From: Lama glama
Lineage: Eukaryota
Reading direction: 5' to 3'
Length of the DNA: 64,000 nucleotides
Assembly: GCA_028534125.1 (NCBI GenBank)
Contig: CM052816.1
Coordinates: 49,602,001 to 49,666,000, forward strand
Shown here: piece by piece, positions 26,641 to 39,280 of the stretch
Numbering within the stretch: the first letter of the stretch is position 1
Layout: every line of letters starts with the position of its first letter
Notes under the pieces: generated by a model
Seen by the model: only the letters and a program-made list of their open reading frames with translations
Databases searched by the model: none
Told to the model about the DNA's origin: nothing
Made by a program: the position numbers and the translations under genes

Positions 26641-29600
26641 AAACATGGCTATAATAGAGAGTAATAGAAAATTTGTTGAAGAGAATAAGAATAAATGATG
26701 GGGAAAAATTAATGAAAGATATGAAACTTGGGGTGGTCTTGAAGGAAAGACAGATTTGGAAGGGAGAGTGGGGTGAAGAAAGGCATTCTGAGCTGGGGAA
26801 CCTTTTCAGCAGAATCTGAGGAAAAGAAATTACCTTCTTTAGACCATAGGATGGTAACTTAATCAAATGAAGCATTTTTGGTTCATTTTTGTGAACAGTA
26901 GAGGTAACATTGACTATACAAGATTAGTCCAAACTTATGGTCTTCAGAATTTTTATCGAGTACATCTTTCCATTCCATTCAGGGGATTAAAACCTTTTAT
27001 GATTTTGCAATTACTAATTGTTTATGAGGAAAAAGCTGCTTTCTCAGAATGGGATATTGCAATTGATTAAAAAATATACAGAAAGAATCCTGACCAATCA
27101 ATGAATAGTTGGTATTACTCTGGGGAACTATTTGGAAAAGCTTGATGTTAATGGCTATAACCGTAAGTACTTTCAACTCAGGTCAGGATGATAAAGCCCC
27201 CCACGTGTTTTCTTACTTTTAACATTCTTCTTTAGCTTGTAGTTTTCCAATATATATTGATACGTGCATAGTGGGATAGTAGAATCCACAACAATATTAC
27301 CTCGCTTCTGTATGAGACCCACATCTTCTATTTGAAACAGATTCAGTACGAACAAAAGCAAAAATGGAAGAGACGTCAATTATTGCTGTTTTATAACTAT
27401 TTCATTGCTCTTCTTGTTTTTAATTCTTAGTTTGTGTTGGTGACCTTTTCTGTGTTTGGGCAACCATCCCTTAAGCTCTCACCCAGTGATTAAGAAGCAT
27501 TCATTATGCACTCTGTTTGACATGGTCATTACTTAATGCTCACTTAACAAAATTCTACAAGACCAAATTATCACAGTGGGTGAAGGAACAGATGGCCAGC
27601 TGGCCAGAATCCATGCCTGCTTTGCTTTATGCCTTCTCCAGTCTGCCTCAGAGAAGCCCCCTGTGAGACCCGAGGAGGCAGTCCAAACAGTGACTTGCCT
27701 GTCCAGCTGTGCGCCAGTGTTTTCGGCTGTGAAGTCTGGGCAGGTACCCTTCCCATCTGAGTACAGCTGGCACCTCTCCTACAGGGATCCTGCTGCCTCC
27801 TGATTAAGATGGAAGTCACACAGGGCAGCTTCCAAAAGTAAAAATAGAAATCCTTTCCCCCACCTTCTGTCATAGCCTTCAAAAACCAAACCACTTTACA
27901 ACTCTTTCTTTTGAAACCTAGCAGTTTTGTGGAAATAGTGCACCTATTTTAATATCTATTTGTAAATATAAGATTATCCACAGTCTGATATTTTACAAAT
28001 TGCCACAGCATTCAGCAAGAAAATTGAACCTGGCTCCAGGCTTAAACTGGGTTGTTGCAGCCTGCTAAGTGTGGATGAGAAAGGGCTGCAAATGAAAATG
28101 TATCAATCTCGAAACTTTAGGTTTTCATTACTGACCATGAAGAGTAGTTTGGATAATATGCTGTTATTCCTAAAATTAATGATATTTTTTGTCAATCATC
28201 ATACATTTATGAAGCAGCATTAGAGTATCTAGCACTTTTCCAGGGTCTATAGTGGGATAAAAATATAAGGAGTAGGGGTTCCTGTGCAAAAGTAGTTTAC
28301 AGTCTTGTCAGGGAGACCAAAGAGATGCATAAAATACTTAGAGAAGGAAGCAGTATATGGTGAGATGCTAATCATACAGTACAGGCAACAAGTTCAGCAG
28401 GAGCCTGAAAAAGGTGAAAAGCTGTCAGAGGAAGATTGATGAAGACAATGGAAATTTTGTGGCTTTTTTGAGACACCATATGAAACAGTGATATTGCTTG
28501 ATGCTCCTGAAACTTAGGCTCAGATAATTTCTCTATAATAATATCGATGGAAAGCATTGGTCTCTGCTTTGTTTTTAATCTCTACCCTGTCCTATTGACA
28601 CGTAGAAGAGGAAACAAACCAACGTAGCTAATGGCAGACTTGAATGATTTCTTACCACTTTGCACCACCTGCTGATGTGTATTCTGGAGCTTGAATTGTA
28701 TTTTGCAGTGCATGGCACATGAGTTCTGACAGATGCACTTTCAAACAAGTGATTTGCAGAGCTCTGTTTGGAAACAGCTCCCTGATTAAAGAGGGCATTT
28801 TAAGGAATTGGAAATTGTTATTTCTTAGAGATAACCAGAGCTCGTTTACTATAATCACTAGAAGCAGAAAGTGATTTTTTTCCCTAGATTGATTGAAAAA
28901 ATTATTGAATGTCAGTTTTATCCATCAGATTGAATTGCATTTATGGTTTCTAAAGTTTCACAGGAATTTTTCACAGGGAAATCTCTTACTCTAGTGGCTC
29001 TCTGACAAAACAAAGGAAAGCACGATGGTCCATACTTTTAATATCAATGTTTCCTGTAGATTTTAGGATTGTTTATTCTATTGACCCAAGATTTCAAGAT
29101 GCCTTATGTTACTAACTTCAACAGTAATACTTAATTTCATATGGCATTCAGTAGTTACAAAAGGCTATATACTATCTTTAATGTTCATAGGCATAGTATT
29201 CCAGAATTAGTGTCCTTTATTTTAGCAAGAACATCAAAGGGCAACATTATATTTTGTCCTGTATTCACTGCATATTATTGCTCTGTTAACCATGACATTG
29301 CATAATCAGTCAGCAAATATTATTGGTTAGTTAAATGATGCCCTAAATTAGGCAGTATGTTTTGAAAGATTAAAAAAATGTATATGCATTGTGACAACAG
29401 ACTAATGAGACAGATTTCTGTTTGAGTAATAAAGCATTCTGAGCTGAGAATTTCCATTATACAAGTGGTGGTTTAGGAAGCCCGTTTTGGCAGCAGTGTT
29501 CAGGCTGCATGGCCAGGGGGAAAAATATAAGATGGAGCAATAGTAATAAGTATCACTTTGTAGATGAGACATCCTTTTGCTGTATTTTGTTACTGATTTT

Positions 29601-30080
29601 TAAAAGTCATGCTAATGTTTAATAAGATAGTTTTTGGGAAAAGAGAACAGCTCAACTGTTGTTACACAAGTGATTATATGTGTTTATAGAAATAATGTAT
29701 ATGACGATTTCCTCAGAGTGTTGACTGAGTACCTAAAAAACACACTGCCATTTTCAAGCCCAAGGCCAAACAAAAGTAAGTGGATAAAGATGGACTCCAA
29801 GAAATCTTAATTATTTCTCCTGTCAGTGACAAGTCCTCCTTGATGTCATGTGATAGCCATTTCTGTGCTCTTCCTAGGCACTGCTCCGAATTTAAACTGT
29901 TCTCTTGATCTCCAAAATCATCAAAATTTGCTTACTATTCTATGATGGGACCCAAGTCAAATCAGTTTTAGCTAAGGTGTTAATTGTTGATAAACGTGTT
30001 CTTTGTCAGCCGACTCTAACAGTAGGTGAGGGCTGTGGATTCCTTAACTGCATTGCTACACGAAACAAGTACTTGGGGAC

Positions 30081-30917
30081 TACAGCGGTTTCAGTAGTAC
30101 CTTTCCAAAATGCATGTCTCCCAGGAATCTCAGAAGGGGCCCTTATTTGGAAATCGGGTCTGTATTAGTTGGCTAGGATTGCCAAAACAAAGTACCACAG
30201 CCTAGGGGGAATTAAACAGAAAGTATTTCCTCCCAGTTCCCAAAGTGCAAGGTCAAGGTGTCAGCAGGTCTGGTTTCTTCCAAGGCCTTTCTCCTTGGGT
30301 TGTCAGTAGCCAGCTTCTTGCTTTGTTCTCATACGGCCTTTCCTCTGGTGTTGGCACACTGCTGATATCTCGTCAGTGTGTCCAAATTCCTTCTCATAAG
30401 GGAAATTGGATTAGATTAGGGCTCTCGTACATGGCCTCCTTTAACCTTGATTGCCTCTTTAAAGATCCTGTCTGCAAATACAGTCATATTCTAAGATACT
30501 GGAGTTAGGGGTTCAACAAATGAATTTTGGGGGAACACAGTTCAGCCCATCCCAGGGACTTTGCAGATGTAAGTAATTAAGTATCGTGAGGTGAAATTAT
30601 CCCAAATTGAGTGGGCTCTAAATCCAGTGACTGGTGTACTCAGTCAGAAGAGGAGACAACACAGAGGAAAGAAGGCAGGAGGGGATGCAGGCAGAGATTG
30701 GGATTATGCTGCTACAAGCCAGGGAATGCCAGGAGCCCCCAGAAGCTGGAAGAGTTGAGGAAGGGTTGTTCCCCTTGAGTCTTCAGAGGGAGCCTGGCCC
30801 TGCCAACACCTTGATTGCAGACTTCTAGTCTACAGAACTGGGAGAGAATAAAGTTCTGCTGTTTGAAGCCACCAAGTTTGTGGTGATTTATTAGAGAAGC
30901 CCTTGGAAACTAGTACA
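30081..30917 (+). mobile_element. MLT1C-like solo LTR split by a nested LTR
   Basis: ccttatttggaaatcgggtc (to 30160) resumes as tttgcagatgtaa (30560). Ends ccttggaaactagtaca. Flanks GGGAC / GGGGC. Confidence 0.88.
30161..30554 (-). mobile_element. MLT1A/B-like solo LTR nested in the MLT1C-like LTR
   Basis: Starts tgtattagtt, ends gggaacacagttcagcccatccca. TSD GGGTC (30156-30160) / GGGAC (30555-30559). Confidence 0.85.
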
Positions 30918-33900
30918 GGGGCGCTAAATCACCTTTGTAGCCACTAGTCATCTCAGAGCCTTACTGTGGACGGTTATGTGTAGAGTCCAGGATTAATTCT
31001 TGAGGAGAAAGTGTTTCAGTAGGTATTACAAAAATCTCTTCTTTAGCCTCAGATTTCAATTTTCATAATCCACTTAAATATTTTATGTTTAAAGAACAAT
31101 TTGTTAAGTTTGCTGATTCTCCCCTTAAATTGAATATTTTAGATTTATTTATCATTTACCTCTCTGTATGTATACAGAATACCCAGAAATTACAGACTAT
31201 GTTTTCTCTTCAAATGCTGAATCTTCCTTTTGCATTTAAAAGGGAGAAAGAGTTGAAAAGAGGAGGAAGAGGAGGAGAAACGACTAGTGTAAAAAAAAAA
31301 AATGCTTTGAAAGTATGTCAGGTGAACATTCCCGGGTTAATTCCTTCTTTTTCAATTAGATTTAAAGTGGAGTGGCAGTGGCTTAAAATGGGAACTGCCA
31401 GAATGTTCAAACCTTATTAAATGGAAAAGTAGCACTATAATAAGAGAATGTTAACATGTTTTTTAAGACCAGAATTTGAAGTGAACTGTTAGGTCATAAT
31501 TATTCCTGTTTGATTGTACTGCTGGAATAAATGGTGAAACTTACTGACATTTCTTTGTTACGTAATCTGAAATGGACATTTATTTTTAATATCTAACTGC
31601 CAAGATTTAATCTGGTTACACACTATAAGAAATTCATGATGTGGGACATAGTCTCTAAATACATGAAAAGCTAACCATGTTACACGCATAAAAGTAACTT
31701 AGTCTCTCAACTGTTGGGATTGTGAAAAGGTAGATGCAGAAAAGTAGCAAGCCATACAGATCTATTGCTCTTGTGAGCAATTAATCTTCTTGACATACTT
31801 CTATGAGCTTGCATAAAAATGCCTGGAAAGCATGCTGTTGACTTCAGTTGTTCATTAATATTGATCATCTGCTGTCCCCATTGTGTTAGGAGCTCCTTAA
31901 AGATTACCTACCAAAGTATTACAGCATTATTGATTTTAAAACTCCCTGAAGCCTCTTGTATCTTGAAAGTCCACTTATACTTTCATGGTTAAGAGTGGTA
32001 TTACCAAGTGTTGTCTAATCAGAAAATTTTGACTTTTATGAATACTAATCAGAACTGAAGCTCGTAGACCTCTTCTTCTACCTGTGATATCAAAAGAAGC
32101 AGATCTTTGAAGTGGAAAGGAATTGAGATCCTTTTTGTTGCCACAAGCTCTGAGTGCTTGAATAGTACTTACTTGTTTTCACATTTTGCTCTGCTATTGA
32201 ATTGTTTTCAAAGCTATGTATAGATTATAGATTCGTGCTGATGTGTTACAAGAAAGATAGGAGATCCCCTAAATATACCAAAGTTTTGGCAGCGAAAGTT
32301 AAGAATGTAACCATGTTACATTTGTTACTATGATGTCACTAACGAAATTCTTGAATTAAATTTTCAGAAACCATTACATAAACAAAAAAAACAGATTAAT
32401 ACTAGTCATAGTATATTCACAGAAGAGGATAACTGTTTAAATTATCTTTAAAAAAATTAGGTATATAAACTGGATAACTAAGTACTTTCTTGTATTGTGA
32501 GCTTCTTGCAATTGCTGACAATAGTAATTCCATTTAAAATATTTATCCCAAATCACTAGCAGAGTGCTCAGCACAAAATAGATGCCTAATGGATAAATGT
32601 TACTTAAACTGAAATTGGAAAAAATAAATAAAACACACCACTATGTTGAGCAAGGTCAGGGTCAGTTTCTTTCTCATCTCATAGTACATATCTCATGGGA
32701 CATGCTATAGGGGCTGGTTGTTACTTATCAGTGTGCCAAGACCTTAGAATACCTCTGACTTTCAGTATCAGAGAAGACTGTTGGATTCGGGGGGTGGGGG
32801 GGGGGCACAAAACTAGTCAAGAGTTTCCTAGGATCTCTAATTCTCATATGATTAGCCCACTTGTCATTTAGAGAAAGAAACCTGGAAACTGCTGATACAC
32901 TTAACACCAAACACAAAATTTTTTGACTACTAAGAAGAGTTTGTGAGTTGAGACTTTGGACTACGTGTATTATCTTATCTTTATGTACAAATTTATATTC
33001 AGATTATTTCACCTTGCTGATGCTTTAAGTGAATGTCTTTATTTATATAGGAATTGTTAAATTAGGAGACCAAAACACTATTGATGGGATTATATTTTTC
33101 TTGATTATTTGTTTGCCAAAGAATTAAAATACATGTAATCATTATGTAAAAGTTAACATTCTAATTATCTGTTATTTACAGTTATAATATTACAGATATA
33201 ATACTCCAGAAGCTTGAACCATCTGACAGACAAAAAATATATATAAATTTAGAGGGATTGAAACTTAAAAAGTATGGAAAAGTTATAGAAAGTATCCTCA
33301 TTAATTACCAATTGAAATGCCAAAAGATATTGATAGTTTATAAACCTCATAAGCTTGAATGGGGTTTAGGCAAAAGATATAATGATTCTCACTCATTATT
33401 GCCATACCCTTGTTTATTAAAAATATATCAGAAACCTACTGTGTGCCAACCATGATTCTTACCACAGAGAATTAATGGTCTAATGGTGACCATTTCAGCA
33501 TTCTGTCATGGATATACAGGGCATGTGACATCAGTTTCATAATTGTTATGGACAAAAAAAGAAAAAAAAAAGAATCTCTGTGTTGGACAGGGTCAATTTC
33601 TTATCCTCACAGTATAAGCAACAGTATACACATACCAAATATGTTATTACAGAATAATAATAGGGAAACACACGTATCTGACAGCTGATTTCGAACATAG
33701 CTGAAGTGGAGTATCGTTGGCGTAGCAGAGGCCATCTGTATTCATAATGTCTAATACACTCTGGCCCATTTGCTGAAAATGTTCTGAAATATTTCCATTT
33801 AGGAAGGCTTTGGAGTCCTGTATCATGTATAGGAATGTGCTTAGTGAGTCCCTGCGGCTTCTGTATGCATCTGTCAAGATTAACATATTAATACACCGAT

Positions 33901-33919
33901 CTGTAAAGTGGCAGAAAGT

Positions 33920-34040
33920 GCAGCTTAGAGGAAAGGGCTTAGGTTTGTAGTCAGGCAGAAGGTACTAAAGCAAAATTTTGGTTTTTCCAGATAGACATGT
34001 TACTTAACCTTTGTGAACAAGCCTGTTTTCTTGCCTACTA
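33920..34040 (+). mobile_element. MIR remnant
   Basis: cagcttagaggaaagggcttaggtttgtagtcaggcaga...gttacttaacctttgtga. Confidence 0.5.
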
Positions 34041-34586
34041 TGTATACTTTTTTGCTTAGCATATAAAGCACTCTAGAAAGGTTAAATCCTTACCCTGTTA
34101 GCCTTACCTCATCCTCACCCTGTGAATGAAAAGCGCTGAATTTCTTACAGTAGGAAAAGTAACAGCAGCTACAACCTTTGTAACAGGTAGTCTTTTTCCG
34201 AAACCCAGGTGTCGGCTGAGGTCATGATGTCTTCTAGGGTATAAATAAAATGAGCTCCAACTCTCTAACTCATCTCTTTGGGGAACCCCAGAGGCTGGCC
34301 AGGACTGCTGGACAGGCATCACCTGTGCCCTCAGGAAATATCTAGAGTGTCTAGGACGAGACATCTGTCAGCTCCGTCCTCCCCTGGATTCTTGAGTCCC
34401 TCGGGCGTCTTGTGCGACAACTCTTCCCTTCTGCCCCGATGAACGAGATGAATAGCAGAGCCGTTTCTCCCTCACCTCCCCAGATCCCACACCCAGCTCT
34501 GTCCAGCAGGCTTGAGAGTAGATCTGGATGTTCTGGCAGAGACAGATTAACATTGCAGCCATGCAAACAACTTAAGCCTGAATTTT

Positions 34587-34735
34587 TTTTTTAATTTTTA
34601 TTGACTTATCTTTATTTTAGGGGCAGGTAATTAGGTTTTTGTTTATTTACTTACTTTAATGAAGGTACTGAGGATTGTACCCAGGACCTTGTGCATGCTA
34701 GGCATGCACTCTACCCCTGAGCTGTACCCTCCCTC
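34587..34735 (-). mobile_element. tRNA-derived camelid SINE (Vic-1 type)
   Basis: Minus strand has a tRNA-Ala-like head (CAGCTCAGGGGTAGAGTGCATGCCTAGCATGCACAAGGTCCTGGG), TAAACAAAAACCTAATTACC body and A tail. TSD cttaagcctgaatttt (34571-34586) / ctcaaacctgaatttt (34736-34751). Confidence 0.88.
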
Positions 34736-35599
34736 CTCAAACCTGAATTTTAGACATCACCAATTCTTACTAGCTGCTTGTCTTCCCATGTTACAGCTTT
34801 ACAGCTCACTGCTTGAGCCCCCTCGCTCCCTGAAGTTTACTTTCAGCTCTGCTTGTGAGATCTCCCCTCCCGGGCTGTCCCCATCCCTTCCTAAGTCCTT
34901 GCCCTTCTAAGGTAGAGCCACTAACTCATCCTCAGCTTCTCACCAAGTTCTCCTTTTCCAGGGAGGCGGTAGGCTTGAATACATAGTCATCTCTTCCAAG
35001 CTCATGTTTGCTTCCTGCTCTTCAGGGTGACTTCCATGGACCACCTTCCTCACAATCTTGGCTTTAGCTACCCCCAAGAACTGGCAGAGACCTTACTACT
35101 GCAGTCGATTGTCGATTGTTTTTATCCCTCCATCACCCAGCTGACTCTACAAGTGGAGGGGAAAAACACTTACTCTCTTTTTGATAAAAATTATGTCACT
35201 CTCTTGAGGTGTCAGAAAAAGCTTAATCGTTTTTGGTTTTAGTAATATTTTTCCTCCTAGAGAGAATTCCTTAAGCCCAATTTTCCTCATATTAGGTGAG
35301 GATTTTGTTTTTGTTTTCATTTTGAGAAATCACTGAATTCTTTTTGAGTTGGTTTCCTCATCTGCAAAATTGAAAGACTGGATTAGGTGATCTCCAATAC
35401 TCCTTATTTATCTAAAATTATATAATTCTTTGGCTATCATTATTAATATTTTTGTTTAGCAATTGTATACCTGGGTGTCAGTTATCAGTTAATAAAAAGA
35501 AATCTAAGTCATGTATTTTCTAATTTTGAGTGAACTGATGAGTCAAAACTCAAATATCACTTTTGTTTCATTCTCCTTTCTCTGATTGGTTGGTTCTGT

Positions 35600-35820
35600 A
35601 AGGAGTATAGGTTTTAGAGCCACAGCTTCTTAGCTCGAGACCTAAATGCATCACTTGTAGATGTTCATTTAACAAATAGTATCTAATCTCTCAAACCTTT
35701 AGTTTTTAAAAAAGGTAAAAGAGTGACAGTGAATACTACCTTCTCTAGTTTCTGGGAGGAATAAATGAGATTAATTATGTGAAAGGAATTTGTAAATGGT
35801 CAGGCACCATGAATGTTCAT
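35600..35820 (+). mobile_element. MIR remnant
   Basis: tctaatctctcaaacctttagttttt...gggaggaataaatgagattaattatgtgaaag. Confidence 0.55.
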
Positions 35821-37489
35821 TAATTTGAGAGAGGGGAAGAAGAGAAAGTGAGAAAGAAGAGAAGAGAAAGGTTGTGTAGCATGGTTTGCATTTCTTGATG
35901 ATGGAAGAAAATGATCCTTGGTGTTGACCTTCTTCTTGTCAATATACCACCTCAAAGGCAGGTGTTAGTTTCATTTTCAAGCACTGCACCACACAAAACT
36001 GCCTACTTGAGTAAGTGTATTGTTTTTAATTGGTATGGAGATATCTGGAAAAAATCACAGAAAACATTTAATTGCTTTTCACTTTTTGAAAGTCAGCACT
36101 ACCAAGAAGAGAAGAGCCAGACACCAGAGCTGCTACATTGTTTCTTACTGCATGTAGATCTTTATTGTGTGCTGCAACAGTTGAATGTCAGGAAGTTTTA
36201 AACTGAAAGAAACTGAATGTCAAAGAACTGCTGGAGGAGGTAATAGAATTATAAAGTCTTGCCTCTGTGCAGGACAGCATTGCCTAACCCCTAAGTGCTT
36301 CCTGTTGTTGACTTCGTGATGATGGTGAATTTGCTCTTTTCTTATTAAGTCATAAAGTGGCTTTGACCCACACTTGAGTAGCCATTCACTATCACCCTCT
36401 TTTAATTGCCTTTCCTGGTGGAGCCCCAGCCAGTTCCCTCAGGTTATCACTGTTCTTGTGCCCAACACTTCAGCCTTCTCTCTAGCCTCTGCTCAAGCCA
36501 CTTGCTCCTCTTCTTGGCTGACCTGCCTCCAGGACTCTGGGATTCATCTCTACATAGAGAGTCAGACACTTAGTTTAATCACTCTTGTTTTCCTTTTCTA
36601 AGATGTACATCTTAACTTTTTCTGCAGTGATGTTTGTTTTACCTCAATGTGTTCTCGTCTCTTGAATTTAATAGAAGGACAAAAGTAGAGAATACTATAT
36701 ATTTTCCTCTGTCTGTCTTCATCTCCCAGGGAGAGCGTTCTCTTCCATCAGATTTTCTCTTCCCTTCTTCGTAATTGCCAGTCTTGATTCTACCCCAAGC
36801 TAATTAGCATCCTCCAGGAGGCCAATTAGATGACAGAATTAGAGGTCCAAATGTTGTATTGAGGGGAATGACTGTGATGGACAAAGGCGAGATAGAGCAA
36901 GAGTAGGTAGGATGAGCCTTCAGACTGTGACACAAGCCTGTCAACTTTGAAGGGAGAATATTGCAAAGAAGAAGCCATACCAAAGGGGCACGTGAGAGTC
37001 AAGAATGTGGAATGTACATTATAGGACTCCCAGGTCAGGCAGGACTGGCCCAGCCCTGCACCCCCACTGTGTTGGCACCTGGTTCTCTCCAAGGGAGGTG
37101 GAGCACTTCTGTTGACTGTCACCAGTACCAGTTATCCTAGTGAAGTTTCTTTCTTGAAGCTTAAAAATAGCTCTCAGCACCTCTTCTCTGTTTATTTGCA
37201 ATTTTCCATGAGCTGCTTGCAATACATCAGGAACAACTGTGCTTCTCCAGAAGTATGGCCCACCACAAACTCATAAGGAGTCGATAGAAGTATTACAACC
37301 CACTATCTACTTCTAAATAGCTGCTAAATCTACTAAAAAATGTGTTTACAGTAATTTGCAAGTTTATGTTACTTTCACCAGCAGGCTACGAAAGCTCTTC
37401 AGTGTTCATAATTCTAGAAATTGCCATTCAGTATTGCTTTTTAAATATGCAGAAGATATTTTATTATTCAGAGATCTTAATAACAATAT

Positions 37490-37745
37490 TTTACCTAGTG
37501 CTAATACATTTTGAGTGTTTAATATGTGTTGCTTCTGGGGATTTTCTACATATGAATTGTTTTTATCTGCATCTTTAGCCTTTGAGGTAGATTGAGGATT
37601 GACATTTTACAGATAAGACTAAGGTACAGAGAGGTTAAATAAATCATCTAAGACCACATGGCTAGAAAGTGATGAAACTAGGATTCAAACCCAGGCTGTT
37701 GGTTTCCAAAGCTCGCACAACTACTGCATTTCCTGAACCACTACT
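37490..37745 (-). mobile_element. MIR just upstream of the EDIL3 exon
   Basis: cattttacagataagactaaggtacagagaggttaaata..agaccacatggctagaaagtgatgaaactaggattcaaacccaggc. Confidence 0.8.
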
Positions 37746-37852
37746 ATCCAAGGTGTTTTTTTCCCTATAAAATTATTAATTGTAAAAGTTTGACCCAATG
37801 TCTATTGTAAACCATATGCATCATGGCAGCAATATTTTTTTCTGTCTTGCAG

Positions 37853-37981
37853 GTCCCTGCAGTCCTAATCCATGCCATAATGGAGGAACCTGTGAAATAA
37901 GCGAGGCGTACCGAGGGGATACATTCATAGGCTATGTCTGTAAATGTCCCCGAGGATTTAATGGGATTCACTGTCAGCACA
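37853..37981 (+). CDS. EDIL3: EDIL3 (Del-1) internal coding exon (probably exon 4): EGF-like domain 2 with RGD motif
   Basis: Translates (G)[42 protein letters not shown], a six-Cys EGF repeat matching recalled human EDIL3 except T>S at the fourth residue. Acceptor tttttttctgtcttgcAG (AG 37851-37852), donor A|GTAAGT (GT 37982-37983), length 129 nt, phase 1-1. RGD codons at 37912-37920. Confidence 0.97.
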
Positions 37982-39096
37982 GTAAGTCATCCACGGTCAT
38001 TGTGTTTTGATTATCATTGATTGCACAGTATACAAGTCATCATCATTCTTGTTTGTAGTAGAATGATAGAAACTTCGAGCAGCAAAGAGGCCTGACTGTT
38101 GGCTCGTGCTCCTTCTCTCCCACTGAGCACACCACATCCCCTGCTTAGGACTTCTGGACTGTGTTTCAATCCTACCAGTGGCATGAGGGGGTAGCAGTCT
38201 TGCATCGGTCCTTTTCATTGTTATACAGCCGTATATCAGAGTTTTGTGTTTTATATTAAACTGGTATTTCTCTTTCTTTTACACTTGTTCAGAAGCTATT
38301 CTTCAAGCTTTCTAGATGTTATTCTGTTAAGTTCTGAAACGATACCCAGAGAAGAAAACTGCCCACTCTGTCCTTCGTACAAGCCTGTTTCCTGTTTCCT
38401 CCTTACGTGTTTGCATGTTCAGTGTGAAAATCTGCAAGTTCAACAAATGTGTTTTCTGCACTTCTCTCTTTTATCCTCATTCTCATGTATCCTTCAGTTA
38501 CACAGAATATGTCCACTTGTGATGATTTCTTCTGAGAACTATGGCTCAACTTTACTGTCCTTCTATGGCTTTCTAACAGTAAGAATCTGCCTTGTATACT
38601 CTGTTTTCTCTGCCCTGGTGCCTTGCAGCATAGAAGATGAGAAACGTAAGATGATACAACCTTGAGTGCAGTTCCTGCCTCTGAACACTGGACAACATCC
38701 CATTATGGATATTCTGTTCTCATTTCAAGGGATGATTCCTCTGTAGGTGTGTGTGCTCCGAGCAAGCAGCTCTGAGTTGAGGGGCTCAAGTGTGGGAGCT
38801 AGACTGACTCCCTCTGGGTGCTGCTCTGACACCACATCACAAAGCTTTGTAAATAAGTAAAACTCCTAATATTCTCTTCAGGTGATTAGGTGAATGTCAG
38901 GGCAGCCAAGATTCTGGGCTCCCACCCCTGTCTTTCCAGAGACGTTTTGAGATCTTCATGTGTGAAAGCTGAACCATGTTGCTACAATAAGGGAGAATCA
39001 GCCTTGGGGTGACTTGAACTCAGCCTGGGAAAAATTAATAGCTGCTCAGCTCCTTGTTGGTGATCTGAATTCTTAGAGACAATCAAAAGCAGTTTA

Positions 39097-39118
39097 TTTT
39101 GTTTTGTTTTGCTTTGGT

Positions 39119-39150
<32 letters not shown>

Positions 39151-39280
39151 GGAGGCGGGAGATAATTAGGCTTATGTATTTACTTATTTGTTTATTTGGG
39201 GAGGAGGTATTAGGGACTGAACCCAGGACCTTGTGCATGCTAAGCATGTGCTCTACCACTGAGCTGTACCCTCCCTCCGT
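39097..39280 (-). mobile_element. tRNA-derived camelid SINE (Vic-1 type) with (GTT)10 in its tail
   Basis: Minus strand GGTACAGCTCAGTGGTAGAGCACATGCTTAGCATGCACAAGGTCCTGGGTTCAGTCCC (A and B boxes). Perfect TSD aagcagttta at 39087-39096 and 39281-39290. Confidence 0.92.

Larger units (their letters stand above)
1..37852 (+). other. EDIL3: EDIL3 intron upstream of the RGD exon (partial)
   Basis: Ends in a canonical acceptor. No upstream EDIL3 coding exon was recognised in the window. Repeat-rich and non-coding. Confidence 0.8.

Noticed and set aside
1..37852. EDIL3 30-nt micro-exon (ASDEEEPTSA)
   Set aside because: Not found by eye (gatgaagaa near 17606 lacks the context). It is probably upstream of the window, but a computed search should confirm this.
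37798..38010. 70-aa ORF as a standalone gene
   Set aside because: Only 37853-37981 is exon. The flanking residues are intronic read-through across the splice sites.
39205..39280. tRNA-Ala-like sequence (also at 34660-34735 and 48370-48440)
   Set aside because: These are SINE heads with a body, tail and TSD, with degenerate stems. They are not tRNA genes.
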